Assembly (NCBI GenBank): GCA_963814295.1
Contig: CAWFCH010000003.1
Coordinates: 598,366 to 662,365 of the forward strand
Source: an uncultured Chloroflexia bacterium
Lineage (GTDB): Bacteria > Chloroflexota > Anaerolineae > Anaerolineales > Anaerolineaceae
Length of the DNA stretch: 64,000 bases
Direction of reading: 5' to 3'
Shown: positions 10,694 through 18,779 of the stretch, in pieces
How positions within the stretch are numbered: the stretch's first letter is position 1
Layout: each line of letters opens with the position of its first letter
Notes under the pieces: model-generated
Told to the model about the DNA's origin: nothing
What the model saw: the letters and a program-made list of their open reading frames with translations, nothing else
Database searches by the model: none
Program-made: the position numbers and the translations under genes

Positions 10694-11129
10694 GGGGGTT
10701 TTTACGAGGCGAGAACCGGCTTTGCTCGCGCATGCGGATGATCAACTCAATGGCAATAAAGCCGATGGCAATGAAAATTGCCAGGGCGTAATTAAGAACC
10801 TTCCCGAACTGAAGCCACAGGAGAATGTTTGCGTAGATACCAAACCCGGCTGCTTCACGAATGATGACCTTTGAAGACACCGGTGGTTGTGATGGGAAGC
10901 GCAGGTGAAGGTAATAAATCACCGGCAGCGACAGTCCGCTAAAAAGCAGGGTGACAAGAAAGAACAATAGCCATCGCGGACCAAGCGTCGGGACAGTGAA
11001 AATGAACAAAGCCAACAACCCGATCAATCCTATACCGACCAGCACAAGGCTAGCGGTGAGTACCGGTAGAAATTTGGATTGTTGGGCTTGGGGTGCTTCC
11101 TGGCTCAAGAGAGGTTCCTTTAATTTCAA
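10686..11129 (-). CDS. hypothetical membrane protein (about 4 TM)
   Basis: Hydrophobic 147-aa ORF whose stop overlaps the selA start by 8 nt. Confidence 0.55.
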   Translation of the reverse strand: MKLKEPLLSQEAPQAQQSKFLPVLTASLVLVGIGLIGLLALFIFTVPTLGPRWLLFFLVTLLFSGLSLPVIYYLHLRFPSQPPVSSKVIIREAAGFGIYANILLWLQFGKVLNYALAIFIAIGFIAIELIIRMREQSRFSPRKNPHD

Positions 11130-11251
11130 TGATATTTCATTATATCAATAGCAGCGTTTAATGAGCAACTTCTTGGGGCTGGTAGCTCATAGGAAAGTTG
11201 TTGCAAGATTCAAACCCGCGGGGTATTGACAGATTTATCAGTTTTCATTCG

Positions 11252-11260
11252 TGGTAAAAT
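11252..11260 (+). promoter_or_regulatory. candidate extended -10 promoter element (TGGTAAAAT) for the metH leader
   Basis: TGnTAAAAT lies about 28 nt upstream of riboswitch P1. The nearby TTGACA (11226-11231) is spaced 23 nt away, too far for a standard -35. Confidence 0.3.
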
Positions 11261-11287
11261 CTACCTCATACAGGGTGAATGTCACCC

Positions 11288-11387
11288 GCTCATCAAGAGA
11301 GGTGGAGGGACCGGCCCGCAGAAACCTCGGCAACCGCGCAAGCAGCCTGGTGCCAACTCCGGCAGAAGGAATTCTGAAAGATGAGAG
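11288..11387 (+). promoter_or_regulatory. SAM-I (S-box) riboswitch
   Basis: gCTCATCAAGAGAGGTGGAGGGAccGGCCCgcaGAAACCtcGGCAACC...GGTGCCAActCCgGCAG...GAAAGATGAG matches the S-box consensus, including P1 pairing (gctcatc/gatgag). Confidence 0.85.
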
Positions 11388-11404
11388 AGATTGTTAAGTC
11401 TCAA

Positions 11405-11431
11405 GCACCTCTCTCACGAGAGGTTTTTTTA
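11405..11431 (+). terminator. riboswitch expression-platform intrinsic terminator
   Basis: Stem cctctc/gagagg with loop tcac, followed by seven T. The gagagaga run after P1 can pair with tctctc as an antiterminator. Confidence 0.75.
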
Positions 11432-11460
11432 TACGTGATCCGCTGATACAGGAGACCTGA

Positions 11461-14400
11461 ATGGAACGAAAATACACCAATCGCAAATACCTGGACGCGC
11501 TCAAGCACAAGATCATCGTTTTTGACGGGGCCATGGGCACCAACCTGCAGAACCAGGAACTGACCGCCGCACATTTCGGTGGTGAAAAGACAAACGGTTG
11601 CAACGATTACCTGGTCATCACCTTTCCGCAGGCTGTGGAAAAGGTCCACCGTTCTTTCCTTGAGGTTGGTGTGGATGTAATCGAAACCTGTACATTCCGA
11701 TCCAACCGTCTCACACTGGCGGAATACGGGCTCTCGGATAAAACTCACTTGATCAATAAGACAGCTGCTGAATTGGCACGCCGCCTGGCAGATGAATATT
11801 CCTCCTCCGGGCAGCAGCGCTTCGTTGCCGGGTCAATCGGTCCATCGGGTAAACTCCCGTCAATGAGCGACGCGGAACTCTCGAACATCACATTCGATGA
11901 ACTCGCCGCGATCTTCAAGGAACAGGCTACCGGATTGATCGAAGGTGGCGTGGACCTGATCCTGATTGAAACCTCTCAGGACATTCTCGAAGTTAAGGCC
12001 ATAATCCGCGGTATACAAGAAGCATTCACAGAAACAGGTGTTTACCTGCCGATACAGGCGCAAATCACGCTGGACACGACCGGGCGCATGCTGCTGGGAA
12101 CTGATATTTCAGCAGTGCTGGCGATCCTGGAAAAAATGGCCATCGACCTTATAGGCATGAATTGCTCCACCGGCCCTGACTTCATGCGTGAACCCATTCG
12201 CTTCCTTGGTGAAAATTCCCCGCTGCCGGTATCCTGCGTACCCAACGCCGGTCTGCCACTGAATGTGAATGGACAGGCGGTCTATCCATTGGAACCTGAA
12301 CCGTTCGCTCAAACCCTTTACGAGTTTGCTTCTAATAACGGAGTCAACGTGGTGGGCGGTTGCTGCGGCACCACTCCTGCTCACCTCGCCCTGCTGGTGA
12401 AAAAAGTTCGTGGTGTGCCGGTTACCCCCCGTCCTTCCTCCCTACCTGCGCGTCTTTCTTCAGCCATTCAGGCGCAGCCGATGCAGCAAGAGCCACCTCC
12501 CTTCTTCATCGCGGAAAGGCTGAATACCCAGGGTAGCCGCAATTTCAAGAAGATGGTGCTTGATGATGACTTTGAAAGCATTCTCACCCTCGCCCAGCAG
12601 CAGGTTGAAAGCGGCGCGCATGGGCTTGACCTATGCGTAGCACTCACTGAAAGGGCGGATGAAAAAGAGACCCTTCAACAACTCATCAAGACCGTCGCCC
12701 CCGTGATCAATCTGCCCCTGGTCATCGACACCACCGAGATCGATGTGCTTGAAACAGCGCTCAGAACCGCTCCCGGGCGCTGCTTGATCAACTCCACTCA
12801 CCTCGAAGGCGGCAGGGAAAAAGCCGACAGGATATTTGACCTGGCCAAAATGTATAACGCGGCAGTTATCGTCCTTACCATCGATGAGCAGGGAATGGCC
12901 AAGACCCGTGAACGCAAGCTGGAAGTGGCAAAACGTATTCACGACATCGCGGTTATCGAACACGGTCTGGATCCCGATGACCTGGTCTTCGACGACCTGA
13001 CCTTTACCCTCGCCACCGGATCAGATGAATTCGCGGCATCAGCCATAGAGACTATCGAAGGAATCCGCTTGATAAAAGACGCCCTGCCGGGTGTACTCAC
13101 ATCTCTTGGAGTCAGCAACGTATCCTTCGGGCTGGCACCCAACGCTCGCAAGGTCATCAACAGTGTCATGTTATATCACTGCGTGCAGGCGGGTCTTGAC
13201 ATGGCCATCGTCAACCCGGCAACCATCACCCCCTACCCGGATATCACTCCTGAAGAACGTGAATTGGCCGAGGACCTGATCTTCAACCGTACACCTGACG
13301 CGCTGCAGCAGTTGATTGAATACTTCCAGGAAGCCGGACCCGGTGAAGTCCAGGCGAACACGCAGCAGGAAGCCCTAAGCGCGATGACACCAGCTGAACG
13401 CCTTCACTGGAAGATCGTTCACCGCCACAAGGAGGAGATCGAAGCCGATATCGATACCCTGCTGGACGCTGGTGAGACCGGGGCGAGCCGCAATGATACT
13501 GCCGTTGGCATTCTTAACAATGTACTGCTGCCAGCGATGAAGGAAGTGGGCGATAAATTTGGCAGGGGTGAGCTTATCCTGCCATTCGTGCTGCAATCCG
13601 CTGAGGTGATGAAAAAGACGGTTACTTACCTTGAAAACTTCCTCGAACGCAAGGAAGGCACCAGTAAAGGTAAACTGGTGCTGGCCACCGTTTACGGTGA
13701 CGTTCACGATATTGGCAAGAACCTGGTCAAGACCATCCTCTCCAATAACGGGTACACCGTGGTCGATCTCGGAAAACAGGTACCGGCTGATACCATCATC
13801 ACCCGCGCGGTTGAAGAAAACGCTGATGCGATCGGTTTAAGCGCCCTGCTGGTGAGCACAAGTAAACAGATGCCGCTCATCGTCAATGAATTGCACCGGC
13901 GCGGACTCAAAATCCCCGTGCTGGTTGGGGGAGCGGCCATCAACCAGCGTTTCGGCAGGCGCATCCTGCAGACCGAAGACGGAACCTTTTATGAATCCGG
14001 TGTCTTTTACTGCAAGGATGCCTTTGAGGGACTTGCCACCATGGACGCGCTGTCTGATCCTGATAAGCGTGTCTCCATCGGGGAACGCATCTTGAGGGAA
14101 GCAAACATTGAACTCGAACGACCCGAGCCCGCGGCCAGAAGCGAAAGAAGCCCGCTTGAAAAAACCGTGAAACCAGCTCTCAGCATCCCAGGCGTTCCTG
14201 CTTATGGCGCACGCGTGGTCAACGAAATGCCGCTCGAGCTGGTCTTCGAAAACCTTGCGATAAATGAATTATTCCGCCTGTCATGGGGGGCAAAGAACGC
14301 CCATGGAGACGAATGGGAAAAGATCAAAGCCGATTATGAAAAGCGCCTGGCTTCCATGCGTAAGCAGGCAGCGGCTGAAAAATGGTTGAAACCAAGGGGG

Positions 14401-14976
14401 GTTTACGGCTACTGGCCGGCGCAGTCTGATGGCAACGACCTCATCCTTTATCAACCTGCCTCACTGGAGACGGGACAACCTGCAGAGCTAACCCGGTTCA
14501 GCTTCCCCAGGCAATCCAGCGGTGATTTCTTATGCCTGGCGGATTACTTTGCCAGCGTTGATTCCGGAAGGATGGACGTAGTGACCTTCCAGGTCGTCAC
14601 GGTCGGCGAAGAAGCCACAAGCCGCTTTGACCGCCTGCAAGCAGCGTCTGATTTCTCAGAAGCCTATTTCTCGCACGGCCTGGCGGTACAAACGGCAGAA
14701 GCCGCCGCAGAATACCTGCACCGCCACATCCGCCGCGAGCTTGGATTGAAAGAAGAACAGGGTAAGCGTTACAGCTGGGGTTACCCGGCGATACCAGACC
14801 TTGAAGACCACAGAAAGGTTTTCGAACTGCTGCTCGCGGAAAAGGAACTGGGAATGCGTTTGACGTCTGCCTGCCAGCTCGTGCCAGAGCAGTCTACCGC
14901 TGCCATCATCGTCCATCATCCAGACGCGAAATATTACAGTCTGGGCGAGACCCGGGTTGAACAGCTGATGAAATAA
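11461..14976 (+). CDS. metH: cobalamin-dependent methionine synthase
   Basis: 1171 aa containing Hcy-binding, pterin-binding, B12-binding (GDVHDIGKNLV) and AdoMet-activation domains. AGGAG RBS. Confidence 0.95.
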   Translation: MERKYTNRKYLDALKHKIIVFDGAMGTNLQNQELTAAHFGGEKTNGCNDYLVITFPQAVEKVHRSFLEVGVDVIETCTFRSNRLTLAEYGLSDKTHLINKTAAELARRLADEYSSSGQQRFVAGSIGPSGKLPSMSDAELSNITFDELAAIFKEQATGLIEGGVDLILIETSQDILEVKAIIRGIQEAFTETGVYLPIQAQITLDTTGRMLLGTDISAVLAILEKMAIDLIGMNCSTGPDFMREPIRFLGENSPLPVSCVPNAGLPLNVNGQAVYPLEPEPFAQTLYEFASNNGVNVVGGCCGTTPAHLALLVKKVRGVPVTPRPSSLPARLSSAIQAQPMQQEPPPFFIAERLNTQGSRNFKKMVLDDDFESILTLAQQQVESGAHGLDLCVALTERADEKETLQQLIKTVAPVINLPLVIDTTEIDVLETALRTAPGRCLINSTHLEGGREKADRIFDLAKMYNAAVIVLTIDEQGMAKTRERKLEVAKRIHDIAVIEHGLDPDDLVFDDLTFTLATGSDEFAASAIETIEGIRLIKDALPGVLTSLGVSNVSFGLAPNARKVINSVMLYHCVQAGLDMAIVNPATITPYPDITPEERELAEDLIFNRTPDALQQLIEYFQEAGPGEVQANTQQEALSAMTPAERLHWKIVHRHKEEIEADIDTLLDAGETGASRNDTAVGILNNVLLPAMKEVGDKFGRGELILPFVLQSAEVMKKTVTYLENFLERKEGTSKGKLVLATVYGDVHDIGKNLVKTILSNNGYTVVDLGKQVPADTIITRAVEENADAIGLSALLVSTSKQMPLIVNELHRRGLKIPVLVGGAAINQRFGRRILQTEDGTFYESGVFYCKDAFEGLATMDALSDPDKRVSIGERILREANIELERPEPAARSERSPLEKTVKPALSIPGVPAYGARVVNEMPLELVFENLAINELFRLSWGAKNAHGDEWEKIKADYEKRLASMRKQAAAEKWLKPRGVYGYWPAQSDGNDLILYQPASLETGQPAELTRFSFPRQSSGDFLCLADYFASVDSGRMDVVTFQVVTVGEEATSRFDRLQAASDFSEAYFSHGLAVQTAEAAAEYLHRHIRRELGLKEEQGKRYSWGYPAIPDLEDHRKVFELLLAEKELGMRLTSACQLVPEQSTAAIIVHHPDAKYYSLGETRVEQLMK

Positions 14977-14987
14977 GGGAAGGTTGA

Positions 14988-16859
14988 ATGCTCAACAACG
15001 AACAACTGAAGAAATTTCTCATCAATAACCGGGTATTATTTTCCGACGGCGCAATGGGTACCATTCTCAGCCAGCGCTTACCTGTTGGGCAAAACTGCCT
15101 GGATTGCGCTAACCTCACTCACCCGCGGATCATTGAAGCCATTCACCGTGAATACATCGTTGCCGGCGCGGATATGGTACAGACCAACACTTTCGGCGCT
15201 AACCGCTTCAAGCTGGCACAGCATGGACTGGAAGACAAGTTGCAGCAGATCAACACCGCGGGGGTGGAGATCGCCCGCCGCGCCGCCGCAGACAGCGGCA
15301 GATCCATTCTCATCGCCGGAGACATTGGTCCGCTGGGGGTGCGTATCGCTCCATTTGGAAGAGTACAACTGCCTGAAGCCCACGAAGCATTCGCGCAGCA
15401 GGCTACCGCCCTTTTGAATGCCGGGGCGGATATGATCATCATCGAAACCATGACCGATCTTTATGAAACTGTGGAAGCAATATCCGCGGTCCGCGAAATC
15501 TCAATGGAAGTACCTGTCATCGCCTCCATGACCTTCACGCGTGACAACCGCACGCTGCTCGGGGACCCTCCACCTAAGGTCGCGCAACTATTGCATGATG
15601 CCGGCGCGTCTGTCATCGGTGTCAACTGTTCCGGTGGACCCAACCAGATATTAAGTATCCTCAAGCAGATGCGACGCGCTTTGCCTGACGAGTTGTTTTC
15701 CGTCATGCCCAACGCCGGTTGGCCAGAGCAGGTTGAAGGGCGCATCATGTACCCCGCCGCACCTGAGTATTTCGGTACTTACGCACTGTCCTTCTGGCAG
15801 GCTGGAGCCAGTGTCATCGGCGGGTGCTGCGGAACGACCCCCACCCATATCGCCGCCATGGTGCAGGCTTTCCGCCATGCGCCAGAACTCGTACGCCAAC
15901 CGTTAGAAGTACTGACAGCAAGAGAATCCAATCTACATACCGGGACTGAAGCATTCCCTCCCACAAACCTGGCGCAAAAACTGGAGGCCGGGAAATTTGT
16001 TATCGCCGTGGAAATGGATCCACCCCGCGGTCTCTCAACCCACAAATTGATCGCCGGAGCCAGCCTGTTGGCAGAGGCCGGAGCGGACGTGATCGACGTC
16101 GCCGACAGCCCGATGGCCCGCATGCGAATGAGCCCCTGGGCGGTCTGCAGCCTGATCCAGCGCAGGGTGGGCATCGAAACCGTGCTGCATTTTCCCACCC
16201 GCGGCCGCAACGTACTGCGTGTTCAGGGTGACCTGTTGGCAGCTCACGCGCTGGATGTACGCAACATTTTCGTTGTCATGGGTGACCCAACCTCGATCGG
16301 AGATTACCCGGACGCCATGGATAATTACGACCTTGTGCCTTCAGGGTTGATCAAATTGGTCAAACAGGGTTTCAACGCCGGCCTTGATCACTCCGGCAGC
16401 GACATCGGGCAACCGACCAGTTTCTTCGTGGGGTGCGCGCTCAACCTCAAACCGCCTGACATGGGGGCTGAACTCAAGAACTTGCGCCGCAAGTTAAAGG
16501 CCGGTGCTGATTTCATCCTCACCCAGCCAATCTATCACTCTGCCCTGGTGACTGATTTTCTGCAATCCTATGAATCTGAATACGGTGAATTGCCCATCCC
16601 GCTAATTGTCGGTTTGCTGCCTTTGGCAAGCGCGCGGCACGCCGCCTTCCTGCAGGCCGAGGTGCCGGGCATCGAGATCCCTCAAGAAACCCGCGATCTG
16701 ATGAACGCCAGCGGGGACCAGGGCGCTAGCACGGGCATCCGGTTGACGATAGACCTGATCAACCAGATCAAACCACTGGTGCAGGGCATCTACCTCATGC
16801 CTGCCTTCCAGCGCTATGATCACGCCGCGGAGATCATCGAGGGGACAATAAACGCCTGA
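14988..16859 (+). CDS. bifunctional homocysteine S-methyltransferase / 5,10-methylenetetrahydrofolate reductase (YitJ-like fusion)
   Basis: N-terminal Hcy-MT domain (SDGAMGT, GGCCGTTP). C-terminal MTHFR domain (VEMDPPRG..., LTQPIY). Confidence 0.85.
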   Translation: MLNNEQLKKFLINNRVLFSDGAMGTILSQRLPVGQNCLDCANLTHPRIIEAIHREYIVAGADMVQTNTFGANRFKLAQHGLEDKLQQINTAGVEIARRAAADSGRSILIAGDIGPLGVRIAPFGRVQLPEAHEAFAQQATALLNAGADMIIIETMTDLYETVEAISAVREISMEVPVIASMTFTRDNRTLLGDPPPKVAQLLHDAGASVIGVNCSGGPNQILSILKQMRRALPDELFSVMPNAGWPEQVEGRIMYPAAPEYFGTYALSFWQAGASVIGGCCGTTPTHIAAMVQAFRHAPELVRQPLEVLTARESNLHTGTEAFPPTNLAQKLEAGKFVIAVEMDPPRGLSTHKLIAGASLLAEAGADVIDVADSPMARMRMSPWAVCSLIQRRVGIETVLHFPTRGRNVLRVQGDLLAAHALDVRNIFVVMGDPTSIGDYPDAMDNYDLVPSGLIKLVKQGFNAGLDHSGSDIGQPTSFFVGCALNLKPPDMGAELKNLRRKLKAGADFILTQPIYHSALVTDFLQSYESEYGELPIPLIVGLLPLASARHAAFLQAEVPGIEIPQETRDLMNASGDQGASTGIRLTIDLINQIKPLVQGIYLMPAFQRYDHAAEIIEGTINA

Positions 16860-16921
16860 TCCATTTCATGTACAATAAGACTGATGATGCATAGAAAATG
16901 AGTATCGGGGCGAATTAAAAA

Positions 16922-17650
16922 ATGAAAATCCTGGTAATCTCTGATGTTCATGCAAACCTGACAGCGCTGGAGGCTGTACTGGCTGAAGTAGGGGCTGTTA
17001 ATGCCGCCTGGTGCCTGGGTGACCTGGTGGGTTATGGACCTGACGGCAACGAATGTGTTCAACGCATTCGCAGCCTGCCCAACCTTTTATGCGTCAGGGG
17101 AAACCACGACCTTGCCATTTGCGGTGATACCGACCTGGATATCTTCAACAACGAGGCCAAAGAAGCAATTCTTGTATCACGAAAGATGATGGCTCCTGAG
17201 ACGCTCCAATTCCTCCACGGACTGCCTGAAGTTCTGACTTCTGACCTGGTAACGCTCGTCCACGGCAGCCCGCGCAACCCGGTATGGGAATATATTCTCG
17301 ATGCAGCCACCGCGGCGGAGAATTTCAACAATTTCAATACTCCTCTGGCATTTGTGGGTCATTCTCATCTCCCCTTGATGTTCACTGCTGACAATGAGAG
17401 CGGTCTGGTTGACCGCAGCTTTATCCTGCCGGGAACGAAGCACAACCTAGACAACCGAGCGATCCTGAACCCAGGATCGGTAGGGCAGCCGCGCGATAAT
17501 GACCCGCGGGCATCCTTCGGCATATTCGATCCGGAGGCAATGACCTGGGAGATTCACAGGGTTGATTATGATATCCCCGCCGTGCAAAAACGTATCGTAG
17601 ACGCAGGTCTTCCGGAAAAACATGCCCGCCGCTTGAGCGCGGGCTGGTAA
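16922..17650 (+). CDS. metallophosphoesterase family protein
   Basis: MKILVISDVHAN, GDLVGYGPD, GNHD and GHSH calcineurin-like motifs. Confidence 0.8.
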   Translation: MKILVISDVHANLTALEAVLAEVGAVNAAWCLGDLVGYGPDGNECVQRIRSLPNLLCVRGNHDLAICGDTDLDIFNNEAKEAILVSRKMMAPETLQFLHGLPEVLTSDLVTLVHGSPRNPVWEYILDAATAAENFNNFNTPLAFVGHSHLPLMFTADNESGLVDRSFILPGTKHNLDNRAILNPGSVGQPRDNDPRASFGIFDPEAMTWEIHRVDYDIPAVQKRIVDAGLPEKHARRLSAGW

Positions 17651-17735
17651 AAGGGAACTAATTCGTACTCGATTCCGTCAAATCAACAGGAATTCATATA
17701 AGTCACCCGGTTTGTTCATGTCAAGGAGGAAGGGA

Positions 17736-18734
17736 ATGAAAACAAGAAGCATTTTGATCGGAGTTATTGTCCTGGTACTTGTGCTTAGCGGCTGCGCATC
17801 GAGGGCTGCCACCACTGTAGATCGCCAATTGGGAGAAATGGATGCCTATTCGATGGAAGCCCCCGCTGCTGCGCCGCTTGCACCAATGAGTGAGGAATTC
17901 GCTGCTGATAGCGCGAAAGGTAATAGCGGTGTCACTGCGGCTGGTGCGGAATCGGTGCAAATGATCATGATGACAGCCAGCCTTTCGATCGCTGTGGATG
18001 ATCCATCCGTCACCCTGACCGATATTCAGAAAATGGCCAGGGGTATGGGCGGTTTTACCGTTTCTTCGAATCTCTACAAGACCTGGACGGGTTCCGGCGT
18101 AGAGGTCCCAGAGGCTAATGTCACCATCCGGGTTCCAGCGGATCGACTGGATGAAGCCATTGAAAAGATAAAGGCAATGACCGGGGACGCGAAGAAATAT
18201 ACATTGAACGAGAACATCTCCGGCCAGGACGTGACCAAAGAATATACCGATCTGAAATCCCGCTTGCGCAACCTGGAGGAAGCCGACGCCAAACTGTCGG
18301 AATTCTACGAACAGGCGACCAATACCGAGGAGGCCCTCGCCATCTACAGCCAAAAGATGCAGGTAACCGAACAGATCGAGATCATCAAAGGACAGATCAA
18401 GTACTACGATGAATCGGTATCCACCTCGGCCATCTCCGTGCAAATCCAATCCAAGGAAACCATCGCCCCCATCACTGTTGCGGGCTGGCAACCTTCGGGT
18501 GTGGCGCGTGACGCCCTCCAGGCGTTGCTTGACTTCGGCAAGGGATTGGTCAACTTCCTGATCTGGTTCGTTATCCTGGTGGTACCCATCGTCCTGCTCA
18601 TCGGTGTACCCGTATTCTTCCTGGTGCGCTGGCTAAAACGCCGCAGCGCCACCCGCAAGCAGGTAGCCGTTGAGCGCTGGTTAAAGGAAAACAAGTCGGA
18701 TTCGATCCCCCCAGTTCCGAACGAAAAAGAATAA
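17736..18734 (+). CDS. DUF4349-like lipoprotein with coiled coil and C-terminal TM
   Basis: ATG at 17736 is preceded by AAGGAGGAAGGGA. Lipobox LSGC, central coiled-coil region and C-terminal TM helices resemble the DUF4349 layout. Confidence 0.65.
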   Translation: MKTRSILIGVIVLVLVLSGCASRAATTVDRQLGEMDAYSMEAPAAAPLAPMSEEFAADSAKGNSGVTAAGAESVQMIMMTASLSIAVDDPSVTLTDIQKMARGMGGFTVSSNLYKTWTGSGVEVPEANVTIRVPADRLDEAIEKIKAMTGDAKKYTLNENISGQDVTKEYTDLKSRLRNLEEADAKLSEFYEQATNTEEALAIYSQKMQVTEQIEIIKGQIKYYDESVSTSAISVQIQSKETIAPITVAGWQPSGVARDALQALLDFGKGLVNFLIWFVILVVPIVLLIGVPVFFLVRWLKRRSATRKQVAVERWLKENKSDSIPPVPNEKE

Positions 18735-18751
18735 AGTAAGACAGGCTTATG

Positions 18752-18779
18752 AGGAGCGGATTGATCCGCTCCTTTTTTA
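18752..18779. terminator. intrinsic terminator shared by convergent genes
   Basis: Stem ggagcgga/tccgctcc, loop ttga, then tttttt. It overlaps the stop of the GH36 gene. Confidence 0.6.

Noticed and set aside
11174-11223. A tRNA-like beginning (GGGGCTGGTAGCTCATAGG...TTCAAACCC) upstream of the metH leader.
   Set aside because: No complementary acceptor 3' strand, anticodon arm or proper T arm could be drawn on either strand. It is probably a chance resemblance.
11226-11231. A perfect TTGACA hexamer as the -35 of the metH promoter.
   Set aside because: Spacing to the only good -10 (TAAAAT at 11255-11260) is 23 nt, and no acceptable -10 lies at 16-18 nt. The extended -10 alone is reported instead, at low confidence.
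17721-18491. A 256-aa minus-strand ORF antisense to the DUF4349 gene.
   Set aside because: It is a shadow ORF of a GC-rich coding region with low-complexity, Gly/Arg/His-rich translation, whereas the sense strand has clear domain features.
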